Assembly (NCBI RefSeq): GCF_009914755.1
Contig: NC_060925.1
Length of the DNA stretch: 64,000 bases
From: the human T2T-CHM13v2.0 reference genome, Homo sapiens
Reading direction: 5' to 3' (one strand)
Position 1 is the stretch's first letter; every line of letters starts with the position of its first letter. The position numbers and the translations under genes are program-made. Shown here in pieces: positions 45,901 to 61,807 of this stretch. The notes beneath the pieces were generated by a model. It was given only the letters and a program-made list of their open reading frames with translations, had not been told where the DNA came from and searched no databases.

Positions 45901-46754
45901 TGCCATCTGCAATTTCTCCTGTTTTCTGCAATGACGGGAGGCTGGAGGCAGTGCCCCTCTAGAGCCCACAACCCCACAGCCCCTGGGCCGGGAGCTCACA
46001 GGGAAGTCTATACTTCTTCCAACTCCTGCTGGGGCCAAAGAGAGGGTCTTGGGCTACAGGGCTGCCCCATCTGTGCTGACTCTGGGGCCACCTCTGGTCC
46101 CTGGGTAGGGTGTGGGTACTGAGCAGAGCTTCACAGACCCAGTGATTCAGCCAGGGCTTGCCCGCTTGCAAGACCCCCACTTCAAAATGGAATTGGAAAG
46201 GAGGGTGTAACTAATTAGTGCCGTTGGGAGTTCCTGAAGGGCTCTGGGGGTGGCCCTCCAGGCAGGGCTGGACTCATGGGTCCAGGCGATGGCCTCAGGA
46301 CTCTCTCTCCTGGACAGTCCCTCGCCTGGCTCTGTGGGCCTTTGCCTGGCCTCTCTCGCTGTGGCCTGATGCTTCCCTGCAGCTTCCAGCTCCTGTTCCT
46401 CGTCATCTTCAAGAAGGGCCCTGCCTGGCTCTGCCTGGGTCCCTGATGCACTCATTATCTACAGCTGCTCACAGGTTACCTGGTTTAGAGCAACAGACAT
46501 TGATGGTCTCTCATGGTTTCTGAGCTCTAGAATCTAGGAGGGACTTAGCTGGGGGTTCTGCCTCAGGGTTTCTCACGAGGTTGCCATCAAGCTGTTAGCC
46601 AAGGCTGCCTCGTCTGAAGGTTCGACTGGGGCCAGAGGGGCTGCTTCCAGGCCCACTCACTTGCTGTCGGCTGGGCCCAGGATGCAGCTCCTTGCCTGAT
46701 GGCCTCTCTGTAAGGCTGCTTTACAGCATGACTGCTTGCTGTCCCCATAATTTG

Positions 46755-47784
<1,030 letters not shown>

Positions 47785-48349
47785 TCACACAGACCAGTCC
47801 TGATGCCATGGGGAAGGAACTGGGCAGGAGGTGTGAATACCACGAGGTGGGGTCACTGAGCATCACCTTGGAGGCTGGCCACCCACATGCCCAAGCTGGA
47901 CCTGTCCCTGTTTCCAGCCCCAGTGGCTCCCCTGTGCCTGCAAAGTGGAGGTCACATGACTAGTACCCCTCACCTTGGATCACATGAAGAGAGGCCTGGC
48001 AGTTCTCCCCAGCGTCTGACTGCGGGTGATGGCGTGACAGACTCTTATCCGATTGCTGTCATTGAGTGTGACTGGAGGGAACATTCTCTGTTCCCGTTTC
48101 TATTTGCTAAGATATTGTTGCCCGTGCGTTCTCTCTGTTGTTAGTGTTGAGTTTCTCAGGCTTAGCTTGGAAACTGTAGCCCCGTCTAACTTCTCGTGTA
48201 GGATACTGACGTGCCTCCCTTAACGCTGCAATAAAGAAAGCTGTGCTTGGAAACGTCACCGCTAATGAAGGCATCTTCCAAGATCCTGGACTCCAGAGAG
48301 TCTGGAAAAGGTCACTTTTGTCTTAAAAGTGAGCTGTAATTCTGATAAG

Positions 48350-48518
48350 TTGTCTTCATAATGTGTTGAAGTGGCAATAATATTTGAACCAACATCTTTG
48401 CGTAGTTGTCTTACTTCATAATGTGTTGAAGTGACAATAATATTTGAACCAACATCTTTGCGTAGTTGTCTTACTTCATAATGTGTTGAAGTGGCAATAA
48501 TATTTGAACCAACATCTT
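48350..48518. repeat. AT-rich tandem repeat, 60-bp unit, ~2.8 copies
   Basis: CTTCATAATGTGTTGAAGTG(G/A)CAATAATATTTGAACCAACATCTTTGCGTAGTTGTCTTA; consecutive 60-nt lines nearly identical. Confidence 0.95.
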
Positions 48519-51112
48519 CGTTTTCTTAAAGGTATAATATTTGTTATTTTTCTTTATTAAGCCAGAAGAAAGTCATTAGAACATTTTACTTCTTCCCCAA
48601 GAATAAAGGAGTAAAAAAGACAGAAAATAATCCTATGATCCTGTTGGATTTTTAAAATTTAAGCAAAGTGACGATCTAATGATTTTTAAATGAACAACAA
48701 TAATTCTATAAGGAAAGTTGATTTATTCAATTGTAGGAAGCTCATTCCTAAGCTGTTCTATCTGAAGGGTGTGTGGAGACTCCCTGTGGCTAAAATCAGA
48801 CGGTCCGGGTGGCGCCAGGTGCTTCTCCATGGCTGCAGTTGGCAAATGGCGTTTCCATGCCGGGGAATTCTGGCCAAGCTCTACTGTGTAGAATTTGAGG
48901 GATGTGATCAGACAATTGTTTATCTTTTGAAGTGGAGCCCAAACTACCCCTGTTCATAAACAGTTGGTTTCCTGTAGTGTCTCTCTGGAGGTATGGAGAC
49001 ATTTAATCCCACCAGGAATTTTGATTAAATTCCTTGCCTGTACACCGGGTTGTCAACCTCACCAACAGCACCCATGCATCACCAGCCACAACGGTGTCTC
49101 TGCTCCCTGGCTTCTACCAAAAGCCCAACAATTGCTTTTGAAAGACAGATGATTATTTGCAGGATATGCAGTCCGTCCATGTCTCTGGGTACCCTGAAGT
49201 CTACCTCTGGAGGAAGAAGTCCACGTGTCTAGACCACGGGACCATGCATGTGCAAAGATGGCTCCTCACTGAGCAGTTTCCCGCTGTGCCACTGACGCCT
49301 GCGGAGGCCTTTGTAAAAAACAGCTGCAGGCAGGGTGTCCTCCCGCCGTATTTCTCCATGAAAACAGTATTGAGAATTATATTCCTATTTTATCACACAG
49401 CATTCCCAGGTCAACTGCTACAGAATTTTCTTTTTCAGGAACGCATATGCTGCCTCCTTTCTGATAGGGAGACCCACCCACCTGTTCACCTCTCTGCATG
49501 TGGTCTGCGAGCGGGCTTGGAGCCACATCTGAAGCCTCACCTCTAGGAGCCAGTTTTGTCTCCTCCTCGTCCCTGCTTCTTATCAGTCGTGGTACTTTTC
49601 TCTTGGGTCCTGACCCTCCATTTCAGTTGGTGTTTTTCATCTTTGGGAAGCACCCAGGCATGGGGGCAGAAGCTTGGGTTTTAGATTGGGCTGGGCTGGG
49701 TTCACATCTCAACTGTGTGGCCTCAAACAGGTGACTTGACTTCTCTGAGCCTAACCATTGCCGGTTTCCATATTTTATATGAAGTGAGCCCTATTTTGCA
49801 GGTCAGGGAGCTGGGGCCTAGCTAGGACCCAAAGGATTATTCCAGTTTCTCATAAAACAAGTACATAGCAGTTAATATTTGCCATAGGGTACACAAAAAG
49901 ATTCATTGATTGCCTTCCTATTTTTAATCTTCAGAGAAAGACGGATGGGATTTCATTAGCTCAGGGTTGAGAACGTTGCCTCTGTGTATTTTTGGAGATG
50001 AGCCTTCCGAAGCAACAGGGGCTTATGCTGCCTGAGAACTGGGGTGTCAACCAGCGTTCACTCCCAGACTTACCAGACAGTAGAGCCTCTCCCATAAAAG
50101 GCACATCGGAACCCACTTCGGACAATGCTGCTGTGGGTTATGGGTCAGAACTTTAAACAAGAGGTAGGGGTGGCCTCATCCCTTGGGGCTGCTGTGTGCG
50201 AATGACCTGGAGGAGGCTGTGGTGGGGCCAGGCAGGGCCAGTGGGCTGAGCCACGCATCAGAGTAACCGGCCACACTTTAGAAAGGAGATTCCTGGGCCT
50301 CTCCCTGGCTGCTGTGGTTCAGCAGGGGCGGCGGGGACCCAGGAGCTCCCAGGTGATCTGACTCCTGGGGAGCAGGGTTTGTATAAGCCCTGGGCCTGTT
50401 GAGGTCAGGGCCTGGTGACCCTAATTCCTTCCAGACCTGGATAGGGGTCTAGTCCAGAACCTGCCAGGGATGGTTTGTCAAATCTGTTACTCTTCTCCCA
50501 AGTAAACCACCAGGAACAAGACACTGTTTTAAAAATTGTTACTTATTATCCCCTTTGGCTTATTTTTTTTTCTTTCAAAAGCGGCTGGATGGCAGAGGTG
50601 ATAAAGCTGGGAAGAGAGGCATCCTGGAAGGGCCCGTGTTATGAAAACCCAGAGTTTCACTCAGATCGACAGCTGCGTGGGGGCCGGCGCTCCCGGCAGT
50701 GATTGAGTTACCCTCAGCAGCGGGGTCCCGAGGTCGCAATCCCTGCTGGGGGAGTGATTGATGCCGGACTCCAGGGCCCACCTTGGGTGACCCTGGGATG
50801 TCAATGAGTGACCGCTGATTCTGGGCCACTTGGTTCTGGGCCACCCGCATGTCCAGAGACCTCAAGGTGGGCCGACGTCCAACCAGCGAAGCAGAGCAAT
50901 CCTTTTGGAAGCTTCTCTCCACGGGGGGCTGGCTGCTCCTTCATCACTCCCATCTGAGGGCTTCTGCTTGCAGCCGTCTGTCACGCTGAGCAGCTCTGTG
51001 GTGGATTCTGTGCTGCTTGCTCTGTGTCTATTTTGTCAAGATCGCCAGTCTCTCTGGATTCTCTCCTCTGGGTTGGCCCACGCTCACTCATCCGGCTTTG
51101 GAAGGACATTTA

Positions 51113-51686
<574 letters not shown>

Positions 51687-51879
51687 CTAGACCTGGTTTA
51701 AAATGCATTGCATGGAATAACCTGTTTAATCTGCAAGTTAACTCTCTGATACAGCGAGTGGTATTATCACAATTTTGACAAGATAAAGGCACAAAACAAG
51801 ATTTAAGATTTTTTTTTTTAAAAAGGACAGACACCCATTAATTCTAAATAATTAAAGATCAATTCATTATGTACACATA

Positions 51880-52625
51880 CCGTTGACCCCTGAACAGCGT
51901 GGGTTTGTACTGGCTGGGTCCGTTTATATGTGGATTTTCCTCTGCCTCTGCCACCCCTGAGACAGCAAGACCAACCCCTCCTCTTCCTTTTCCTCCTCCT
52001 CAGGTTCCTCAATGTGAAGATGACAACGATGAAGATCTTTATGGCTGGGTTCAGTTTTGGTGTCTCAACACCCGTAATCTTAGCACTTTGGGAGGCCAAG
52101 GTGGATGGATGGCTTGAGCCCAAGAGTTTGAGACCAGCTTGAGCAATGTAGTGAAACCCTATCTCTACAAAAAACTAGCAGGGCGTGTGCCTGTAGTCCC
52201 AGTTACTCGGGAGGCTGAGGTGGGAGGACCTGAGCCCAGGGAGATTGAGGCTGCAGTGAGCCCTGATTGCGCCACTGCACTCCAGCCTGGGAGTGCGGTC
52301 TCAAAGAAAACCCAGTCTCAAGAAACAAAACAAAACAACCCAAAAAAGATCTTAAGATGATCCACTTCTGCTTAATGATCAGTGAATATTTTTCCTTATG
52401 ATTTTCTTAATAACATTTTCTTTTCTCTAGCTTACTTTATTGTAAGAATATAGTATATACTTATAAAACAGATAAAATTTGTGTTAACTGACTGTTTATG
52501 GTATTGGTAAGGCTTCCGGTCAACAGTAGGCTGTTAGTAATTAAGTTTTGGGGGAGTCAAAAGTGTAAAGCAATACACTTTATGGGGGCAGAGCTCCTAA
52601 CCCCAGTGCTGTTCAAGGGTCAATC
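51880..52625. mobile_element. Tigger2-family MITE (Tigger2a-like) with AluJ insertion at ~52044-52345
   Basis: TIRs c.gttgacccctgaaca..tgttcaagggtcaa; Alu flanked by AAGATCTT. Confidence 0.85.
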
Positions 52626-52931
52626 TAATTGAACAGCCTCTAAAAATATCAAGCAATACTTACAAATCCAGGGAGAAAAACATACATCAACAATTGTAGT
52701 TGGAGCTTTTAATGATCGAACAGAGAAAACAGATACTGAAGTCTTGATCAATACAATGAGTAAGCTGAAGATATGAGATATGTAGAGAACTTACCATTCA
52801 TCAGACAGAGGCTATGCCTTTCCCCCATGCACGCACACACCATTTACCAAAATAGGCCAGACACTGAGCCATGAAGGAAGTCTCAATAAAGTTCTAATAA
52901 TTAATACAAAATAAACTGCATTCTCTAATCA

Positions 52932-53291
<360 letters not shown>

Positions 53292-53788
53292 CTACTTATG
53301 TGAGCACTTCCTCTATGTATACGCAATGTGACCTGCCCAAATCAGTGACATGCCTTCGGGCAAAGCCAAGGTAGCTCTTAAAGGGATATTGAAAGATTAT
53401 AATGCGTTCATCAGGAAACAACAAATGGGAAAAACAAATGAGCCAGCTATTTAGCACAAGCAGCTGGAAAAAGAGCAAGAGAGCAACACCTATCCAACTC
53501 CACTCCCAGAAAACATAAGAAAGGAGCTGAAAAATATAAGAGTAGAAACAGATAGAATGAATAAAACCTACAGAGGATGAACAAAATCAAAATCTGGTTT
53601 AAAAAATTTAATATGCTAGACAGACTTCTGGAAAGACCAATAAAAATGGGATCTGGTGAGGGCCTTCTTGCTGCATTATCCCATGGCAGAAGGCAGGAGG
53701 GCAAGAGGGGGAATAAATAAGATAATTAATTGGTATTATGCATAGGCATATTTAACAAATTTGATACTTAGATGACATGGATGAATTC

Positions 53789-54090
53789 CTTTTTTTTTTT
53801 TTTTTTGAGGCAGAGTTTCACTCCTGTTACCCAGGCTGGAGTGCAAAATGGCACAATCTCTGCTCACCGCAACCTCCGCCTTCCGGGTTCAAGTGATTCT
53901 CCTGCCTCAGCCTCCTGAGTAGCTGGGATTACAGGCATGCACCACCATGCCCAGCTAATTTTGTATTTTTAGTAGAGACAGGGTTTCTCCATGTTGATCA
54001 GGCTGGTCTCGAACTCCCAGCCTCAGGTGATCTGCCCACCTTGGCCTCCCAAAGTGCTGGGATTACAGGTGTGAGCTACCGTGCCTGGCC
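53789..54090 (-). mobile_element. Alu (AluSp-like)
   Basis: gctcaccgcaacc and gtttctccatgttg diagnostics. Confidence 0.9.
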
Positions 54091-54607
54091 GGACAAATTC
54101 TTATAAAAAGCATAAAATGCCAAACTTGTGAAAGACAAGACAGATAACTTGAATAGATGAATGCATGTGAAAGAAGTTAAATGGCAGTCAAAGGCACCAA
54201 AAAAATCCAAGTCTGGATAATTGTTTTCGGAGATTTCTATAATATTTTCTAGGAATGGTTAATTTCTATTTTATACAAGATATTTGGAAAATTAGAAAAT
54301 GAATGGAAACTGTCTGGCTCATTTTGTGAGGCTCATGTAATCTGGATTTCAAAATCAAATAGGGACAACAGGAATTAAAAAATATATAGACCCATTTATT
54401 TATAAATGGAGTTTTAAAAATCCTAAGTAAAATATTAGTTAATTTTTTTTAAAATTAGTTAAAAGAATATTAAGAAAAATAAGTGATGAAGTAGAGTTCA
54501 TCCAGGAATATCTAACAATCTCTCAATATAATTCACTATTGTAATAGATTAAAGAAATATATTTTATCTCAATCAATGCAGAAAAAGCATTTGATAAATC
54601 TCAGTAT

Positions 54608-55578
<971 letters not shown>

Positions 55579-55599
55579 GTACTAATCTGTGATAAAACA

Positions 55600-57170
55600 T
55601 TTTTTTTAAAAACCGTGAATTCTACCTAACACCATATACACAGCTGGATTCTAGTTAAATTAAAGTCCTAGTAGCAAAAGAAAAAGTTAAAAGAATATAC
55701 AGGAGAAAAATCTTTGTTACTTATAAGCAGGAATGTCTTAAATAAAAATCTGAAAGCACAAACCATAGGGTAACACATTGACACATTTCATTATGTCAGA
55801 GTTAGAGATTTTTGTTAAATGAAAGACAAGATGGACAAAGTTAATGCACAGCTGAACAAATGAGAAAAGATATTTGCAATGTTAATAGTTGATGAGGGAT
55901 TAACAAGGGACTCCAGCCAATCAAAAAGACAAGGAGAGCAACCGCAGCAGAAGAATGGGCAAGGGATACGGACAGATGACAGAAAGAAAAACCCCAAAGC
56001 TAGTATGCATATAAAGAGAAGCTCAAGGTCATTAGTAATCACACACATGAGAACTAGAACACAATGCCACTTTCCAGCTGTTGGACTGGCAAACAGTCCA
56101 GCTGTTGGACTGGCAAACAGTTAAAAAGCTGGTTAAGCCAAATGTTGGCCTGGATGGGTTCTGCAGGCAAGTTCATGGTGGCTGATGGAGTGTGGATGCT
56201 TCAGCCTTTCCAGAAGGATCTGGGGCTCCTGATGCTATGATCCAGAGGTTACGCTGCTGAGTATACAACCCAGAGGCATTCCATGGGATCTGCCGCGGTC
56301 CACGGGTTTGAGGCTGTTCCGTGTGGAGAACGTACGTGGGAGAGCATTGGAGGCAGCCGGGTGCCGGCCATCAGAGAAAGAATGTGCAGGTGAAACGTGG
56401 CTGATCATGCTGGAGCCACGTGCAGCCATGGGAACCTGGATCAAATGTGCCCCTGCCACACGGGTGAGACTTCAGAACCTAGTGGATTTTTAGAGAGAAA
56501 AAAAGTCAGGAGAAGAATGAGGTATATAATGCAATACCATTTATGCAAACAAAACATACACACAAATAAGACTGCAATGCCTATTTTGTAAGAACATGAA
56601 ATGCAGAAGCAACTACTCGGAAATCAGAGCAAAACTGTTGCCTCCAGGGCGAGGGGAGGAGGTGAGAGTCAGGGGAGGGGAGGGGTGAGAGTCAGGGGAG
56701 GGGAGGGGTGAGAGTCAGGGGAGGGGAGGAGGTGAGAGTCGGGGGAGGGGAGGGGTGAGAGTCGGGGGAGGGGAGGGGTGAGAGTCGGGGGAGGGGAGGG
56801 GTGAGAGTCGGGGGAGGGGAGGGGTGAGAGTCAGGGGAGGGGAGGAGGTGAGAGTCGGGGGAGGGGAGGGGTAGAGTCGGGGGAGGGGAGGGGTGAGAGT
56901 CGGGGCAGGGGAGGGGTGAGAGTCGGGGGAGGGGAGGAGGTGAGAGTTGGGGGAGGGGAGGAGGTGAGAGTTGGGGGAGGGGAGGAGGTGAGAGTTGGGG
57001 GAGGGGAGGAGGTGAGAGTTGGGGGAGGGGAGGAGGTGAGAGTCGGGGGGAGGGGAGGAGGTGAGAGTCAGGGTGGGGAGAAACGGAAAGGAATGTGTAG
57101 ACAACAAAATGACCTGGGAACCTTGCAAAGATCCATGGTGAAAATACGCTACAATAGGATAAATATGTGA
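55600..57170 (+). mobile_element. Ancient L1M (L1ME-like) 3' region, interrupted by a G-rich VNTR
   Basis: gagaaaagatatttgcaa..aagaatgggcaaggga..caataccatttatgcaaa. Confidence 0.65.
56651..57079. repeat. G-rich minisatellite, 23-24-bp unit, ~18 copies
   Basis: GGGGGAGGGGAGG(A)GGTGAGAGTY. Confidence 0.95.
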
Positions 57171-59367
57171 TTAACTCCACCCTCTTCATCTGTGGTCTCA
57201 AAAATAAGCAAGCAAACAAGCAGATAGAAAACGAAAGCAAAAAGAAAAGCTCTGAAACAGAGATATCAAAATGGTGGTAGATTTAATATATTTACATTGA
57301 GCAAATATAAGTTTTTAACAAAAAAGATAATTTGAAGGTAATTTCCACATTTCATGTTCCATATTTCCATAGCAATTTATAAGCTAATTATAGGATTTAT
57401 TTAAAAATAGTAATTCTGAGAGCACTATAGGGGTATGGCCTGAGAGAGGGACACAGATTTTGAATCTCCTCTAAATTCTGACAAAATATCTCCAGGACTA
57501 TAAATATTCGGAGGCAACATCAACACTTTAACTTTGGAGACCTTTGTAAATGTGAGGCCGGGACCCAGTGGCGCCCTCTGCCTCTGCCCCATTCCCCTCC
57601 CAAATCCTGTGTCCCCACATAGGCTGAGACCATGATGTGGGAACCTGGTCTGGGTGGCTTTGAGTACCTCTGTGTGGCAGTGTGGGAGGTTTGGACCAGG
57701 AGGAAGCTCTTTCATTGAAGAGCTTCTTCTCATGGCAGTCACCACCCCATAGATGTCGCAGGTCCTGAAACGCTGCTCTTTGTGGAATCTGGATGGGGCA
57801 TGGGGACCTGGGAAGACCAGTGGCAACGACACAGGACTGGGCGAGTTCTGGGATGGACAGAATACTCTGTCAAGCCTTGAGCCTTAACACAGCCCCACGA
57901 GGTCAGTACTATGATGGTTATCATCTTTACTGCACAACTAAGGAAAGGGAAGAAAGGTTAGAAATTTGTCCAGGGACACAGGGCAAAGATATGGACTCAG
58001 CAGCATGGTGGCAGTGGCCGCACCGGTAGCCGCGCTATGGTGCCTCTCAGAGGGGAGAGCCATGGCCGAGTTTTAGTTTCCAAACTGGAAGATGGAGGCG
58101 TTTAGCAACTTCCTCTGAGGCTTGCACATTGAAGCTTTGTGCTTCCCTTTGCAACAGATCTTGGCTAAAATTCATGTATCCCTGCATGCACCACCACTTG
58201 GGCACATATCTGCACACACACACACACAACCACACATGCATGCACGCACACATACACACACATGCACACACATGCACATCACTCAGCTTGGGGATAGTGT
58301 TGAGCACAATTCAGGGATCTTGCTTTTTTATTTTTTGTACTAAGATGCCGTAACCTTGACAAATTATTTTATTAAGTTTAGTATATTTGATCAAGCACAA
58401 CCAAACCCAAGAAGATGAATTATTAAAATGGAGGTTTACCTTCTATCATTTAGGGCTATTGTTCGACAGTCAGAGTGCATCCAAGTCAGGGCTCTGCCAG
58501 AAATGAAGCACGGCGGAGCCACCAGTTAGTATTTTTCTTGCAAAGGATACCAGTTCTTCACCATCCCTGCAACAATCTCTCATCTCAGCTTCCTGCCAAG
58601 GTTTCAGATCTCAGGGAGACACAGGCTCCTTGGCACGCACTGATAATCACAGAGCCAACTTTGGAAGTCATGGATTTCTGAGCTGGTCTTGCGTAGGGCA
58701 GGCATTTGCCTTTGGCTGAGTGGCGTGAAAAATGTTCGTGGGCGAGTGGTGGGCCGAGCGCCGTGTGTGTGAACATACCGTGTCCATGTTCTTCCTGGCT
58801 GCATGCTCCACCTCTGGCTAGGATCAGGTTTGCCCTGAGTCAGCAGGAGCCGGAGCATGACACCCGCATGTTTCAGGGATGGCCAACAGCGTCTGTTCCA
58901 GTGGATTCGTGGCGACTCCTTGAGCTGAGAAGACCGGGGCACATCCACGTCCACATTCCCCATTGGATGTCAGGCCAAGGGCAGGATTGGGCAGATGGCA
59001 CCATGCCCTTGTGTGCGAGTCACGGGTGCGGCCAGCACGTGGCCGCCATCCTGCTGTGTCCTGGAGTGCTCCCATTCTTCCCTGCTACAGTACATCCGTG
59101 CTTCTCACGAACATTTGCCCACCACTGTCCACCTGGCAAGCCTCTCTGGGAGGGTTTCTGGAAGGATCCTCTCCCCTCCTCACAGTGCGGTTCCTCCCAC
59201 AAACCGGCCTCATCACCCCCGCTGCCCATCGCCCATGCCCCTCCCAGCTGCCTCCTTGAGCTCCTGGCGCCCATCGTGAGCCTTCTGTTCACACGCCCTC
59301 CTTCCCGTTCCTCTCCCGCCCCATCTCACACTCCCACTCCTCCCCTTGCTCGCTCAGCCTAGATCTA

Positions 59368-59598
59368 CTCAGCCCTCGTGCATCGCAGTCCATCCGTGAG
59401 TGAGTCTATGTTTTCTAAATGATTTGCTTGTGAAAGTCCTGGTTTCCTGGTTTTCCAGCCCTGATCTCTTCCTCTCAGGGCTCAGCCCTCGTGCATCGCA
59501 GTCCATCTGTGAGTGAGTCTATGTTTTCTAAATGACTTGCTGTGAAAGTCCTGGTTTCCTGGTTTCCTGGTTTTCCAGCCCTGATCGCTTCATCTCAG
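59368..59598. repeat. Tandem duplication, 113-bp period, 2 copies
   Basis: ctcagccctcgtgcatcgcagtccatc.gtgagtgagtctatgttttctaaatga.. at 59368 and 59481. Confidence 0.95.
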
Positions 59599-61807
59599 TG
59601 CTTTACCCAGGTCTTGGTGCTGAGGATTCCCACCGGGATTCCTTGTCCTTGATGCGACAGACACCTCTCCTTGGAGAGCCTGATTCCTGGGCGGAGGTGC
59701 CTGCCTGGCCCCTCCACTGGGCGTCTCATAGGAACCCCAGACTCCGCAAGACTCAACCTGCTTTTGGTCCCTTCAATCTGTCCCGCCCCCGGCCTTCCAG
59801 TCTCTGTAAATGGCACCACATCCTACTCCTCTGCTGGCGCCCACACGCTAGGACACGCCCTCAGGTCCTCTCTGTCTCTCCCCAACACATCAAGCCCCCT
59901 CTCTGTGACCTTCACACTATGTCTGTGGTCTACAGGTTAGGTCTAGAGGGTGGGGTCTGCTTGTTCCCTGTCCTGTCCCTGTGGCCCCAGTGTTGCCTCC
60001 TGACCATGCGCCTGTGTTGGCTGAATGAGTGAGTCCAGCCTCTTCTCTCCAGCACCAACCCCCACTCCTTGCAGGAATCTCCTATGTGGTCACTGACAGT
60101 GGATCCAGAAGCCCCGTCTCTGCCTAGTGTCCTTCCTGGCTTCTTGTTGCTTGGCAGGTGAAATCCCAGCTGGTCACCTCACCTGGTGTGAGCCCAGCTG
60201 CGCCTTCTTCCCCATACCCTGTGCCTGGTGTCTGTCTTTTAGTATGCCCCGTGCTCCCCTGCCTCAGAACTTTCCTGGGGCTCTCTCCTCTGTTCATGGC
60301 TCTGGCTGTGGCTCTCTCCTTGGCTCTGTCTGTGGCCAGCTCTTCCTCCCCAGGCTGAGCTTATCATCACCTGCTCAGAAGGCTCCCTGAGCTCTCTCTG
60401 GAAGTGGCACCTCCCTCCTCCCCCTCCACGGTCATTCTCCATCACCTCCCCACCAGTTCCCTTCATGAGCACTTAGGGCCTGACCTATCTGTGTAGTGGA
60501 CAAGTGCCATCTCCCTCACTTGAGGTAAGCCCCATTGAGTCAGGGACTGGATCGGGGCAGCTTGCACGCTCAGTGCATGGGGCCAGCAGACATCAGCTGG
60601 ATGGGCGAGGTTGGGACTGGGCCTCCGGTTCTCTGTAAGGCACGTGGTGGACATGCAGAGGATGACGGCCCATGACTAATAGGGATCTGACTGAGATAGA
60701 AGCTGCTGCCCCTGCCCTGCCCTTGTGGACAGTGCAAGGGCAGAGAGCAAATTGTGGGTTGAGGAATTATGCACTGAACCTGTGCACGTTCTAGTACAGA
60801 AGGATCTCGCTCCCAGGGCTGAGCTCTCTGAGGCTAGCTCTCTGACTCTGTTATCTTGGCCATGGCCTCCCTGCCTGCCACTGAGGATATCCAGCTGATG
60901 TCTGCTGGGGGCGAGGGAGGCAGAGGATGGTGGACTCAGGCGTCATCTGGAGCCTGTGAGCAGAGCCCCCCAAGATGACAGACACTCTCTTTCCTGGCCT
61001 TGGCTGGACTCCAGCTTTAGAAGGCTGGGGAGGGCCACTGTAGACATGGCCGGGGTCCTCCTAGCAACCCTTGCAGCCTGGGAGCAGGGGGTCGAGGGAG
61101 GCAGGGGATGGAGTGAGAGTGAGGGTGGCAGAATTTCACCCTGACCTGCAGTCAGGAAGACTGATGAGAGAAAATGCGTGGACAAGGGTCATGCCTAGCC
61201 CCGGGCAGCCCGGAAGCCATCAGGAGAGTTCTGGCACAGACAGAGACTGGGAGAAGTAAGCTGCATGGGCAGACGGGGGCACGGGGCGACCTGTGCAGGG
61301 CGGGGACCACGCTTGGCACCCATCTGCTCCTGCCTCTCCCCACTCAGCCTGGAGCTGTCCCGAGATGCTTGCAGCTTTGATCTGAGTGGAGACAGATGCT
61401 GCCCATCGGGGACACAGACCCATCCCCGTTGTCCGTTAGTGCCAGTCCCTGGGCTCTGGGTGGGCAATGCCAAGTGAAGTTGAAGCTGGCTTGCCCCCTT
61501 TTATTTCTCTCTTTCTTAACTCAGGAAAATGTATTTCAAGGGCTGCATCCCTGCAAGGAAACTGGAAATGTGGGAGATGAGCAGTCTGTGTGTGTTCGCC
61601 AGCAAGTCCCTTGAGACCGAGCTGACCTCCCCAGGGCAGAGCCAGAGAGCCCGCGGGGGCCTTGCCTGGCCCACATCACAGAGTGGACCTAGCTGCCCAG
61701 TGAGGAAATGGGTGGCAGGGGCTCAGGGTCAGCCTGCCTGTGTGCTAGCTCTCCCCCAGGCCCCAGAGGAGGAGTCTCCTTCTTGTTGTCTTGCCTGAGA
61801 TGGAAGC

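Noticed and set aside
48350-48518. Possible CRISPR-like array
   Set aside because: Units are head-to-tail with no unique spacers, there are no cas genes, and the context is primate DNA; the same applies to the other VNTRs
50580-50900. Possible CpG-island promoter
   Set aside because: CpG enrichment is short and modest, with no associated exon evidence
56072-56121. 24-bp perfect tandem duplication TCCAGCTGTTGGACTGGCAAACAG
   Set aside because: Ordinary slippage duplication inside an old L1; no further structure
56692-57240. Formin/extensin-like polyproline ORF
   Set aside because: Antisense translation of the G-rich VNTR
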